Positions 8,700 to 17,151 of a DNA stretch of 64,000 nt are shown in pieces. Source of the DNA: an uncultured virus (IMG/VR IMGVR_UViG_3300043438_001628) (taxonomy: Duplodnaviria; Heunggongvirae; Uroviricota; Caudoviricetes). The number at the start of each line of letters is the position of its first letter. The stretch's first letter is position 1. The translations under genes were made by a program, and so were the position numbers. The stretch lies in IMG/VR virus record IMGVR_UViG_3300043438_001628; one strand, given 5' to 3'. Under the pieces are notes generated by a model. It saw nothing but the letters and a program-made list of their open reading frames with translations, did not search any database and had not been told where the DNA came from.

Positions 8700-9185
8700 T
8701 CAATCGTGATTTTGGTAATCTTCTGTTTCAATTCCTTCCTTAGTAATACGAACGATTACATGATTTCCAATGAGGTCTTCCCAAACATCATCATCAAATG
8801 ATTTGAGGAATTCTCTTACATCTTTAACCATAGCATCAAGCTCAGCATCACCATCAACCCACACTCTGTTATTATATCCATTGCTGTAATCCCAATCGCC
8901 AATTTTATCCCAAATATTGGAATCACCTTCTCTTGGTTCGAAATGTTTTTCCATCGAACCTTCATATTGATCATACCCATTGATATAAGGATCATCAATA
9001 TAAGCGGAGAATGTACACTCTTCACCATCATTGAAATATGGAGAATATGCTGTAAATCCAAATGAATCTAGCTTTGGATGAATTTCAAAAAGTTCTTTAA
9101 CTCCTTCATGAAACATTGATTCAGCGGTCTTCTTGTAATCTTCCTTTAGGGCTGCTAGTTTTTGTTTAATGTCGTCTGTGTTCAT
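8700..9185 (-). CDS. Acidic hypothetical protein
   Basis: YSPYFNDGEEC motif; adjacent to DUF6915-like gene. Confidence 0.7.
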   Translation of the reverse strand: MNTDDIKQKLAALKEDYKKTAESMFHEGVKELFEIHPKLDSFGFTAYSPYFNDGEECTFSAYIDDPYINGYDQYEGSMEKHFEPREGDSNIWDKIGDWDYSNGYNNRVWVDGDAELDAMVKDVREFLKSFDDDVWEDLIGNHVIVRITKEGIETEDYQNHD

Positions 9186-9194
9186 AATGTTATT

Positions 9195-9689
9195 TTAATC
9201 TCTAATTTGGTTTGGAAAAGACATTGGATTTTGTGGAATTTTAATATCTCCGTTATCAGTTTGATTTTCTGAATTTAGAGACCCACGGGTTGAAGGCATT
9301 TTTGTGTTTTGAAATGATGAAGGAGTTCCTTTACCATTACCCATCCAATCCTGATACTTCAGATGTTCAAGATAGTCTTGAGCGGATGGAATAAAACGGT
9401 TGCTAAAATCATCTAGAATGTGTTGTTCTCCAACATCACGAACACTGACAATCTTTCCATCGCTGGTAATGATGTTTGGGAAACGATTTCCGATAGGATC
9501 ACAACTGTTTGTGAACTTGACTCGTTCTAAAACTTCTTTAATGAACCAAGCGTTGTGTGTTAGTGCTCTGTGAGCATTGGATGGGAATGCTCCTTTTGAA
9601 CTATCCATAAAGTCGTGAATCTCAAAATAGTCTTCTGGATTTCCTCCAAACTTTTTAGCAGATATTTTAGCGTGTATCCAAGGTTTCAT
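9195..9689 (-). CDS. DUF6915-like protein
   Basis: PWIHAKISAKKFGG...IHDFMDSSK...HRALTHN...EQHILDD. Confidence 0.7.
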   Translation of the reverse strand: MKPWIHAKISAKKFGGNPEDYFEIHDFMDSSKGAFPSNAHRALTHNAWFIKEVLERVKFTNSCDPIGNRFPNIITSDGKIVSVRDVGEQHILDDFSNRFIPSAQDYLEHLKYQDWMGNGKGTPSSFQNTKMPSTRGSLNSENQTDNGDIKIPQNPMSFPNQIRD

Positions 9690-9694
9690 AATTT

Positions 9695-9736
9695 ATTTTA
9701 TCGGTGTTCCTTTGATTTTACTCTAACGTTTTATTA
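9695..9736 (-). promoter_or_regulatory. Tandem motif B + motif A with no gene between
   Basis: TAATAAAACGTTAGAG-TAAAAT-CAAA-GGAACACCGA-TAAAAT, then AAATT-ATG. Confidence 0.75.
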
Positions 9737-10078
9737 GTATGCTCCCTTTGTTGGAAAGAGTCCGTCTTGATTTGGGCAGCAAAGTTTAATATATTCTGGT
9801 TGAGTATCTGATAATGTCCAGATCTGGATTATATCACCAGCACTGGCAGAGTCAAGAACTTTTACTAATTCTTGGATCTCAAATGTGGTTGTGTCATAGG
9901 GAGAGCAAGAAGCACAATACAACCAGTGACGAATGAACAATTCTTCGACTGTGATTTTTCCTTCAAATAGAGCTTCGAGTTTTTTCAAACCCTTATCGAT
10001 GCTGGTATTATCTACCCAATTTCGCTTAGAGAGATCAGCTTCATTGAATCTGTGATTGAATCTGTTTTTTAATTTCAC
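9734..10078 (-). CDS. Hypothetical protein
   Basis: Stop codon is the TAA of motif B. Confidence 0.65.
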   Translation of the reverse strand: MKLKNRFNHRFNEADLSKRNWVDNTSIDKGLKKLEALFEGKITVEELFIRHWLYCASCSPYDTTTFEIQELVKVLDSASAGDIIQIWTLSDTQPEYIKLCCPNQDGLFPTKGAY

Positions 10079-10292
10079 GCTTACGAATGTTTACTTTTTC
10101 CCACCAATCTACTACCAAAAGAGCAGCAATGAATGTCGCTGCTTGAATCAGTACCAGACAACATCCCTCAAAAAAATTTAAACGAAGTGTAGTAGCAAAA
10201 ACAAGAGTTCCAAACGGACTTACAGCTACGAGTAGTGACCACATCAACAGCCATTTCCACCATCCTTTATATTTGTTAGTTTCCTTGTCCAT
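10041..10292 (-). CDS. Small membrane protein
   Basis: Two hydrophobic segments. Confidence 0.6.
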   Translation of the reverse strand: MDKETNKYKGWWKWLLMWSLLVAVSPFGTLVFATTLRLNFFEGCCLVLIQAATFIAALLVVDWWEKVNIRKREIKKQIQSQIQ

Positions 10293-10440
10293 CGCTGTCT
10301 TTAAATAGATTATCGATGAGTTCCAATTGTCGGATCACATCATCATTACTCAATGAGATGTTTCGAGCAATGTAGATCTTGTTACACAGCTCTTTGAGAA
10401 TTAGAAGCTGCTTCAGTGAATCGTGTTCGTTAATTTTCAT
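10276..10440 (-). CDS. Small hypothetical protein (54 aa, not in ORF track)
   Basis: MKINEHDSLKQLLILKELCNK...; fills the gap and overlaps both neighbours. Confidence 0.6.
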   Translation of the reverse strand: MKINEHDSLKQLLILKELCNKIYIARNISLSNDDVIRQLELIDNLFKDSDGQGN

Positions 10441-10672
10441 TTAAAATTTCAAAGCTGTGATAGTTAAAAAACGGAAGATCTCTTTCTTCGTCATAGATTG
10501 GAATTTCTTGTAGCCAGAGATATGTTCCTGAACTAGCAATTTCGACCTTTTCAACCGTATATTCTTTTCCAATCTCCAGAAGTTTTTGGTCTTCTACAAG
10601 ATTGTTGAACCAATGGTGGGTGATTGGTTTTACGAATTTTGCTTTAGTTCCTCTCAATGCTGCTGTTTTCAT
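10430..10672 (-). CDS. Hypothetical protein
   Basis: ATGA overlap with YopX stop. Confidence 0.7.
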   Translation of the reverse strand: MKTAALRGTKAKFVKPITHHWFNNLVEDQKLLEIGKEYTVEKVEIASSGTYLWLQEIPIYDEERDLPFFNYHSFEILNEN

Positions 10673-11091
10673 TGTTTTAAGAGTTCAGGAGTTTCGAAGA
10701 TATTTCCGATGACTTCACAATAACCTCTTATTACAAGCCAGAAATAAGCATCACTGATATCATCATCGTGTTCCCTAAACACAAACCATGCATGGTTCTG
10801 ATCCCATTCACAAATGAAAACTTTATCAACAGCTTCTTCTGGATAAGAGTCTCCATCGAATGTGTATTTTAGAATATCCCCTTCGTAGATTTCCTTTCCG
10901 TTCTTGTCTGTCAGACCAGTGAATTGTTGAACCGAGAGATTATTATGATAATTAGATCTGCCACCGTGTATAGGTAAAATCCCACCTTCGATTTTTAAAC
11001 TTATATTTTCAGCATCTGATTTTCTGCTGGTGCTAGACATTAGAAATTTCTCACCATCCCATACTCTAAATTTAATCTTCCGCGAGTCCAT
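10669..11091 (-). CDS. YopX-family protein (copy 6)
   Basis: KFRVWD / QQFTGLTDKNGKEIYEGDI / EVIGNIFETPELL. Confidence 0.85.
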   Translation of the reverse strand: MDSRKIKFRVWDGEKFLMSSTSRKSDAENISLKIEGGILPIHGGRSNYHNNLSVQQFTGLTDKNGKEIYEGDILKYTFDGDSYPEEAVDKVFICEWDQNHAWFVFREHDDDISDAYFWLVIRGYCEVIGNIFETPELLKQ

Positions 11092-11296
11092 ATTCTATAC
11101 TTGATTTAATAATACAATAATGATTCAATTCATCTGCTACAATCTTCCATTGTGGACTCCAACGACACGATAGATAAACACTGCCATCCTCGTTTGGTGG
11201 AGGACTGTGACCTATTGATTGTTCTGGATCTAATTTCATCAAGCGGCAATATTCATACGCTGCTTTCTTTAGTTGCTCTGGTGTTAGTTTCATCAC
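11072..11296 (-). CDS. Hypothetical protein between YopX copies
   Basis: Overlaps both YopX neighbours. Confidence 0.65.
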   Translation of the reverse strand: MMKLTPEQLKKAAYEYCRLMKLDPEQSIGHSPPPNEDGSVYLSCRWSPQWKIVADELNHYCIIKSSIEYGLAED

Positions 11297-11649
11297 TTTA
11301 CGAGTTCAGGGTTTTCAAACACATTACCAGCAATTTCATAAAAGTCAAACCAATTTCCAGTGTTTCCTCCGTGCTCTTTAGTTGTTTTCCAAGCACCAGC
11401 TTCTTCATCCCATATAACCTCCCAATACAGCGGTCCTAATCCAATATCATGTTTGACGATATCCCCCTCGTAGATTTCCTTACCGTTTTTGTCTTTCAGA
11501 CCAGTAAATTGTTGAATCACTAAATTCTCCGCTTGATATTTAGAGGGGAAAAATTCAAAGATTTTACCATGAGCAGAACTAAAGACGGGAGCATAGGAAG
11601 TCCATTCTCGATCAGCTTTATCCCAAATTCTAAATTTTAGTTCTCTCAT
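11293..11649 (-). CDS. YopX-family protein (copy 5; start trimmed to MRELKF)
   Basis: Three YopX anchor motifs. Confidence 0.85.
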   Translation of the reverse strand: MRELKFRIWDKADREWTSYAPVFSSAHGKIFEFFPSKYQAENLVIQQFTGLKDKNGKEIYEGDIVKHDIGLGPLYWEVIWDEEAGAWKTTKEHGGNTGNWFDFYEIAGNVFENPELVK

Positions 11650-11911
11650 TGTATTCCTTTTCTTTTTGGTTATAGAGTTTTTTAAATTCCCTATCGTAAA
11701 CCTCTTCAAACTTATTTCTTAAATTATCAACATTACTCAATGGAGTATCATCATAACCAACTAATTGAAATTGAAGAACTGCCATTCGTTTTTTGTCAAA
11801 ATCTGCCAGTACACAATCCTTCATATATGACATCAAGCTCAGGATTCCCATAGAATCCATGTGTTTTGTTGCTTTGTCAAAAGCTTTTTGATTTTCAGAT
11901 TTTCGCTTCAT
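11630..11911 (-). CDS. Hypothetical protein between YopX copies
   Basis: ATGA overlap with YopX stop. Confidence 0.65.
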   Translation of the reverse strand: MKRKSENQKAFDKATKHMDSMGILSLMSYMKDCVLADFDKKRMAVLQFQLVGYDDTPLSNVDNLRNKFEEVYDREFKKLYNQKEKEYNERTKI

Positions 11912-12285
11912 TGCTTTAATAGTTCAGGGTTCTCAAAGATATTTCCAACAACTTCAAAATCTTTTATTAAATCTTTTAGTAGATTCAGCCAGCCGTCTTC
12001 GGTAGAAACGGAAGCAGCGAAACAACAACGAGCTTGATTCCATTTCACGGACATGATCAATCCATCTGAATTTTTTATATAATCCCCTTCGTAGATTTCC
12101 TTTCCGTTTTTGTCTTTCAGACCAGTGAATTGTTGGACAATAATGCATTCATCTGGTAAATCAGCAGATAAAGTAGACCACGGTGCTGGATGAATTTTTT
12201 TACCATCCATTTGAAGGTATTGAGAATCTTCACACCACCAACGTTTTATACCCTTATCCCAAATTCTAAACTTCAGTTCTCTCAT
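11908..12285 (-). CDS. YopX-family protein (copy 4)
   Basis: Three YopX anchor motifs. Confidence 0.85.
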   Translation of the reverse strand: MRELKFRIWDKGIKRWWCEDSQYLQMDGKKIHPAPWSTLSADLPDECIIVQQFTGLKDKNGKEIYEGDYIKNSDGLIMSVKWNQARCCFAASVSTEDGWLNLLKDLIKDFEVVGNIFENPELLKQ

Positions 12286-12641
12286 TGCTTTAATAGTTCG
12301 TTATTCTCAAAGATATTTCCAATGACCTCGACGCCAAAAGAAGAAAATAAATAGCCGGAACTATTTGTTTCATTATCTTCAATGTGAAATTTAACAGTGT
12401 GTAATTTACCGTTAAATAGCCTGAGAATATCACCCTCGTAAATTTCTTTACCATTCTTATCCTTTAATCCAGTATATTGTTGGATTTTTCCATCAGCAGA
12501 CCACAATTTTTCATGTGATGAAAATGTACCACCGTAATCTTGTTCATAATCCCATAAACTCCCATCAGAAGTTTTGATATATGTATCAGGAATTGTGACA
12601 AAACAGCATCCATTCCAAATTCTAAATTTCAGTTCTCTCAT
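12282..12641 (-). CDS. YopX-family protein (copy 3)
   Basis: Three YopX anchor motifs. Confidence 0.85.
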   Translation of the reverse strand: MRELKFRIWNGCCFVTIPDTYIKTSDGSLWDYEQDYGGTFSSHEKLWSADGKIQQYTGLKDKNGKEIYEGDILRLFNGKLHTVKFHIEDNETNSSGYLFSSFGVEVIGNIFENNELLKQ

Positions 12642-13000
12642 TGCTTTAATAGTTCGGAGTTCTTAAAGATATTTCCAACAACTGCATTCTCAAAAATCCA
12701 CCCTTTAAAACTTGTAGTGACATTTCCAGATTTTTCTCTCAATCTCCAAGCAGAATCATTTTCATACCAAATAACTTCTCTAATAAACCCCTCTGGAGAT
12801 CTTAAAATATCACCTTCATAGATTTCTTCTCCGTTTTTGTCTTTTAGACCAGTGAATTGTTGAAGAATAAATGATTTCTCTTCTTCAGCCGATAAAGGAT
12901 CATCGCTGCCGTGAATTGCAGAAAGTATATTACCAGCAACAATTTCATAGTCAAACTCTTCTTCATCTACACACCACACTCTAAATTTTATTTCTCTCAT
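12638..13000 (-). CDS. YopX-family protein (copy 2)
   Basis: Three YopX anchor motifs. Confidence 0.85.
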   Translation of the reverse strand: MREIKFRVWCVDEEEFDYEIVAGNILSAIHGSDDPLSAEEEKSFILQQFTGLKDKNGEEIYEGDILRSPEGFIREVIWYENDSAWRLREKSGNVTTSFKGWIFENAVVGNIFKNSELLKQ

Positions 13001-13416
13001 TGCTTTGATAGTTCAGGGGTTTCAAAAACATTTCCAATTACTTCACAGTACCCTCTTATTACAATCCAGAAATAAGCATCACTGATATCATCATCGTGTT
13101 CCCTAAACACAAACCATGCATTGTCCTGATCCCATTCACAAATGAAAATTTTATCAACAGCTTCTTCGAGATAAGAGTCTCCATCGAATGTATATTTTAC
13201 AATATCACCCTCATAAATTTCCTTACCGTTTTTGTCTTTTAGACCAGTGTATTGTTGAGCGACGATGAATGACTTTTCAATATCAAATGGATCATCCCAT
13301 GCCATCATGTCATAATCATAACCTATACACTGACCATCCCCTTGAATAGCATACTTACTCGCTGGTTGAAATTTGTGTGCTAGTGTATTCCAAAATCTAA
13401 ATTTAAGAGGTCTCAT
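12997..13416 (-). CDS. YopX-family protein (copy 1)
   Basis: Three YopX anchor motifs; first gene after motif B. Confidence 0.85.
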   Translation of the reverse strand: MRPLKFRFWNTLAHKFQPASKYAIQGDGQCIGYDYDMMAWDDPFDIEKSFIVAQQYTGLKDKNGKEIYEGDIVKYTFDGDSYLEEAVDKIFICEWDQDNAWFVFREHDDDISDAYFWIVIRGYCEVIGNVFETPELSKQ

Positions 13417-13445
13417 GGTTTGTATTCTAGTCTAACGTTTTATTA
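13417..13445 (-). promoter_or_regulatory. Motif B early promoter
   Basis: TAATAAAACGTTAGAC-TAGAAT-ACAAACC-ATG. Confidence 0.75.
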
Positions 13446-13661
13446 ATTAATCTTTACTGTTTGCTTACCTAATGATTCTACCACTGTTCCATTACAAATC
13501 AAGCGATATTCAAAACGCTGATTGTAATGAGATTTTAACATGGCCCATGCTCCTTCAGCAAATGATTTCCTCATACAACAAAACCCAATCAGCCGTTGCC
13601 ATTTATCGATTGGAGGTGGTATGTAGAACTCAATGTCGTATAGTTTTGGAGCGCTCATCAA
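13443..13661 (-). CDS. Hypothetical protein
   Basis: Packed ORF; stop lies within motif B. Confidence 0.65.
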   Translation of the reverse strand: MMSAPKLYDIEFYIPPPIDKWQRLIGFCCMRKSFAEGAWAMLKSHYNQRFEYRLICNGTVVESLGKQTVKIN

Positions 13662-14026
13662 TAATCCCGTTCATCAAAAGATTTTTTTGCTTCAAAAGCT
13701 CGCTTACACTTTTTGATAATGTCAGGCCAATAGAGTCCACACTCGGAGTCATTATCCTTCAGAACTTCTTCTACAGCACCACTCAATTGCTCAATAACAA
13801 CATCTTTACTAAGCTCAACATCTGTTTGAAGTTCTACTGCTCTATCACAGAAGTCTCTGCACAATACATGATCTAGCTCATTCCTCATAATATAATGTAA
13901 TTCGATGGGATTGTATTTTGAGGTATTGTTATTCTCCATCCATTCCTCTATAGCTTTACGAAATGAATCGGAAAGATCATTTCCATCTTCAGTGAACGCT
14001 AATTGTTTTGTGTATAGTGCTTTCAT
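13658..14026 (-). CDS. Hypothetical protein
   Basis: Packed ORF. Confidence 0.65.
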   Translation of the reverse strand: MKALYTKQLAFTEDGNDLSDSFRKAIEEWMENNNTSKYNPIELHYIMRNELDHVLCRDFCDRAVELQTDVELSKDVVIEQLSGAVEEVLKDNDSECGLYWPDIIKKCKRAFEAKKSFDERDY

Positions 14027-14030
14027 ATTA

Positions 14031-14168
14031 TTAAATGTGTGTGATTATGTGATAAACTGTCCAGCCTATTATGCTCATTATCCCTCCCCCAAACACAAGA
14101 ATGTATAAGACAGCGAAAAGAATGTTTAATCGTTTTTCTGTCTTTTCTGAAAGATCAGGACCGTACAT
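14031..14168 (-). CDS. Small membrane protein (45 aa, not in ORF track)
   Basis: MYGPDLSEKTEKRLNILFAVLYILVFGGG... Confidence 0.55.
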   Translation of the reverse strand: MYGPDLSEKTEKRLNILFAVLYILVFGGGIMSIIGWTVYHIITHI

Positions 14169-14170
14169 AA

Positions 14171-14326
14171 TTAAAAAAAGTTAAGATACAGTTGAGCGAG
14201 AAAAGCAACAGCGTTTAGCGTAGCAAGCCCCAAATCAAGCTTCAGTCTATCTCGTCCATAAAAGTAGAAAAACATGAAGGCAAAAAGCAGGTTGATAAAA
14301 GGTAGCGTTAGTAAAAATAGGTTCAT
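14171..14326 (-). CDS. Small membrane protein (start trimmed to MNLFLL)
   Basis: Hydrophobic 51-aa ORF. Confidence 0.55.
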   Translation of the reverse strand: MNLFLLTLPFINLLFAFMFFYFYGRDRLKLDLGLATLNAVAFLAQLYLNFF

Positions 14327-14336
14327 ATTATTATTA

Positions 14337-14723
14337 TTATTCGTTGTCGTTGATTCCACAGCTCTTGCATTGATCCCATAATAGATGAGTTCCTTGCCAA
14401 TCTCCAACTTTTAGGTAGTGACAGTATCCGTTGTTTTGTTTAGGAAAGTCAAGGATCTTATCCCAAAATGGACAAGTTTTAGTTCTTAAGAATCCGTCAT
14501 ATTTGCTATGTTCATCAGCGATTCTAGTGTAGCAGTAACCACCTTCAGGAATCAAGGCGGCACACTGTTCTTGTGTGAGTTCCGCTTGATTCAAGCCTTG
14601 GGTGCCTTCTTCCATTTCGTCGAATTGAGAGATCCTTTCGAAGATTGTATTCTCTTCCACTCCAATGTCAAGGAGTTCTTTTTTTGTAGCGTATGTATAG
14701 TAAATGTCAGTTTCCATATCCAA
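14337..14723 (-). CDS. Cys-rich hypothetical protein
   Basis: IPEGGYCY...CPFW...GYCHYL...LLWDQCKSCG. Confidence 0.7.
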   Translation of the reverse strand: MDMETDIYYTYATKKELLDIGVEENTIFERISQFDEMEEGTQGLNQAELTQEQCAALIPEGGYCYTRIADEHSKYDGFLRTKTCPFWDKILDFPKQNNGYCHYLKVGDWQGTHLLWDQCKSCGINDNE

Positions 14724-15042
14724 GTTCTTTTATAAAGTCAATTAGTTGTTTTTGACCTTCGTGAGAGTCTAATAGGTCCTGTGGTTTTGCTCCATCGAAG
14801 TTTGGGTTTGGAATTTCCATCCACATGTCATCATCGATGAATATAGCGAGTATAGCTAAGATTACCTCTTTGTCAATCTGTAAATGTGCTGATTCTGTGA
14901 GCATTTGCTCTCCAAAATTATCATACACATCAACCATGATCGTTTTGATGAATACAGCATCCAATGCTTTTCCAGTTTGGGGACAAGCTTTTTTTGCTGG
15001 TAGGTATACATCAAAGGGGGCTTTGTAGATTTTTCTTTTCAT
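14707..15042 (-). CDS. Protein with C-terminal Xre/MbcA/ParS (DUF2384)-like antitoxin domain
   Basis: WMEIPNPNFDGAKPQDLLDSHEG resembles the W..PN...G..P..LL....G pattern. Confidence 0.55.
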   Translation of the reverse strand: MKRKIYKAPFDVYLPAKKACPQTGKALDAVFIKTIMVDVYDNFGEQMLTESAHLQIDKEVILAILAIFIDDDMWMEIPNPNFDGAKPQDLLDSHEGQKQLIDFIKELGYGN

Positions 15043-15208
15043 TTAAATATAAAATTTTAAAGCTTTTCCAATTTAAATATTCAATAAAACGCAAACGCCC
15101 CTCTTCATCTGTTACAATTCTTCTATCCCATCCCCCACTTATAAAGTATATTTTATTTCTATAAGAAATAAGACTTCCATTCGGTGGCCAAATAATATTA
15201 GCTTTCAT
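15011..15208 (-). CDS. Hypothetical protein
   Basis: Packed ORF. Confidence 0.5.
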   Translation of the reverse strand: MKANIIWPPNGSLISYRNKIYFISGGWDRRIVTDEEGRLRFIEYLNWKSFKILYLNEKKNLQSPL

Positions 15209-15593
15209 ACTTTTCTTTCAGTTTTGCTAAAAGAGCAAGCTCAGAGTCAATTTCTTCTTGAGCTTTTTTACGCTTCTTTTTTTCCTGTTTTTGCTTTTCG
15301 AGAATATCCTTCTCAAGCTGTTTTTGATGTTGAGCTAGTCGTTCGTAGTAAACACTATCAGTTTCAAGTCGCTCACCGTAAATACTGATTTTGTATGGAG
15401 CATCCCAACCACCCCAACCAAACTTTAGTTGAATGTTACTAAACCCTTCTTTGGTGAATTTTTCTTCTTGCTTTTGTAAGAAAGAAATAACTTCGGAAAG
15501 CTTGGTAGCGTCAAAGCATGTTCCAATATGAAGTAATTCTTCCTCAATTAATTGTCGTTCTGTGAAGTCGGCTTGTTTAGTCTTTTTTTTCAT
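15198..15593 (-). CDS. Hypothetical protein (start trimmed to MKKKTK)
   Basis: C-terminal LAKLKEKYE; similar ending to 16038-16382. Confidence 0.65.
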   Translation of the reverse strand: MKKKTKQADFTERQLIEEELLHIGTCFDATKLSEVISFLQKQEEKFTKEGFSNIQLKFGWGGWDAPYKISIYGERLETDSVYYERLAQHQKQLEKDILEKQKQEKKKRKKAQEEIDSELALLAKLKEKYES

Positions 15594-15819
15594 CGTGGTT
15601 TTGATTGAATCGAGGATGTAGAGGCATCTTAAGTTTAGCAAATCCCAATTTATTGATTATACTCTCAACTGTCTGTTCTGGATAGGAGTTTAACTCTTTT
15701 ATAACATCAATGGCTTGTGGTGTTGAGATATCACCGTTTTCTAATCTCAAAGAGATTTCATTCGCTAAGTTTAGTGAAAGCGACACCTCTTCAATATACT
15801 GTTTCAGTTTACTGTTCAT
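15577..15819 (-). CDS. Hypothetical protein
   Basis: Packed ORF. Confidence 0.55.
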   Translation of the reverse strand: MNSKLKQYIEEVSLSLNLANEISLRLENGDISTPQAIDVIKELNSYPEQTVESIINKLGFAKLKMPLHPRFNQNHDEKKD

Positions 15820-16060
15820 CACAATCTTTAATCTCAAATCCCCATGGGGAAAAATTACTCTTTGTATCTTCTTCCAACTTAATCAATCGAAACATACCAT
15901 CATGCTTGGCAAAGCCGTGAAGCTCTACCCAAGCCTTAAATGATACTCCCCAACCTGTGGTTCCAAGAGTAATACTTTTACAATATTCAGCAATCAAACA
16001 CCGAACTTGATATTCAGTGAAATCACCGTAATCGACTTTACGTTCTGGTTTGTCCGTCAT
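15809..16060 (-). CDS. Hypothetical protein
   Basis: Packed ORF. Confidence 0.6.
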   Translation of the reverse strand: MTDKPERKVDYGDFTEYQVRCLIAEYCKSITLGTTGWGVSFKAWVELHGFAKHDGMFRLIKLEEDTKSNFSPWGFEIKDCDEQ

Positions 16061-16382
16061 ATTTTTCCTTTAATCTAGCAAGTTCTTTTAGTTCACGCTC
16101 TCGTAGGGTATTATCAATTCTTTCGTTAGCGATACGATCCAGTTCAAGTTCCTCTGGAGTCTTTGGAATCCAACCACTAATGTCAATATCACCATCTCCA
16201 GTATAAACATCAACCATAGTTTTAACTACCCCTGCTTTCTTGGCAGCTTCATTGAGTTTAGTGAAATATTCAATCAATTCATCAAGAGTTTCCCCACGCC
16301 CCCAACAGCCATATTCCTGTTGAAAATCTGGAAGATATTCTAGTCTTACTCGTTTGTGTGTTCTGTAGTCGATTGAATCCAT
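16038..16382 (-). CDS. Hypothetical protein
   Basis: Follows motif A; ELARLKEKYD ending. Confidence 0.7.
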   Translation of the reverse strand: MDSIDYRTHKRVRLEYLPDFQQEYGCWGRGETLDELIEYFTKLNEAAKKAGVVKTMVDVYTGDGDIDISGWIPKTPEELELDRIANERIDNTLRERELKELARLKEKYDGQTRT

Positions 16383-16387
16383 AGTTT

Positions 16388-16403
16388 ATTTTATCAGAGT
16401 TCC
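16388..16403 (-). promoter_or_regulatory. Motif A early promoter
   Basis: GGAACTCTGA-TAAAAT-AAACT-ATG. Confidence 0.75.
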
Positions 16404-16735
16404 TAGAGAAGTGGAAGTTCTTTAAGGATCGCATGTAGTTTTGGACTGATGTGTTCACAACGTCTGATCTTAGGAGTACCTTCACCGCGACCAGTGTAAC
16501 GTGCTTCAATTTCGATTCCCCAGTAATAGCAGCGCTTATGAGCCCAAATATGAAAATTGCATTCTCCTTCAGGATTATAGTAACTGCGCAGCGGATGAAC
16601 GATGTCCTTGCTGTTTAGTATGTATCCAGTCGGAAGCGTATCAATGATGCGTGGAGAGATGAAGTCCTTAGGTTCATATTCTTTTAGATGTTCGGCAATA
16701 ATTTTGTTAACCTCATCGGCATCTTCTTCATTCAT
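16403..16735 (-). CDS. Hypothetical protein
   Basis: ATGA overlap with pth2 stop. Confidence 0.65.
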   Translation of the reverse strand: MNEEDADEVNKIIAEHLKEYEPKDFISPRIIDTLPTGYILNSKDIVHPLRSYYNPEGECNFHIWAHKRCYYWGIEIEARYTGRGEGTPKIRRCEHISPKLHAILKELPLL

Positions 16736-17151
16736 AGTAATGGTAGATGGTCAGTAATTCCTTCAAACTTTTCTTCTGAGTGTGGTCCGATGGCACAGCA
16801 GGTCTTGGTTTTCACACCGTTGAATTCAGTTGCTCCGTTGTCTTCGATCATATGAGAAATCAGTCCAGAGTCAAGAGCTTTTTGATGAACTGCTTCAAGT
16901 TCCTCTTCGCTGTTGACATATACACAGATCTTACGAAATGAATTACGAAGCCAGTGATTAATTTCTTCAGTAAATGCAAGACAGGCAAAAAAACAAGGAT
17001 CTCCTTGTGAATCTATTGTCTGTGATATTGAAAAATTTTTAGTTATAAATGCCATGCTGGCGTGTGCGACTTGACTACAATATTTTCCAGTCCTAAGACT
17101 TGGGAATTTTCTTACTACAATTACCATCTTTGTATTTTTTTCTTCCTGCAT
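16732..17151 (-). CDS. pth2: Peptidyl-tRNA hydrolase, Pth2 family
   Basis: KMVIVVRK...GKYCSQVAHAS...KICVYV...IEDNGATEF...TCCAIGP. Confidence 0.85.
   Translation of the reverse strand: MQEEKNTKMVIVVRKFPSLRTGKYCSQVAHASMAFITKNFSISQTIDSQGDPCFFACLAFTEEINHWLRNSFRKICVYVNSEEELEAVHQKALDSGLISHMIEDNGATEFNGVKTKTCCAIGPHSEEKFEGITDHLPLL

Larger units (their letters stand above)
10724..13191. repeat. 140-bp direct repeat (10724-10863 vs 13052-13191), 6 mismatches
   Basis: Manual alignment of the second variable segment of YopX copies 6 and 1. Confidence 0.9.

Noticed and set aside
10669..13416. YopX junction repeats or B/A motifs as a CRISPR array
   Set aside because: Spacing is hundreds of bp, YopX repeats are coding and degenerate, and no cas genes are present
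14327..14351. (ATT)n microsatellite giving a poly-Asn N-terminus
   Set aside because: Short AT-rich intergenic tract; the real start is probably 14326
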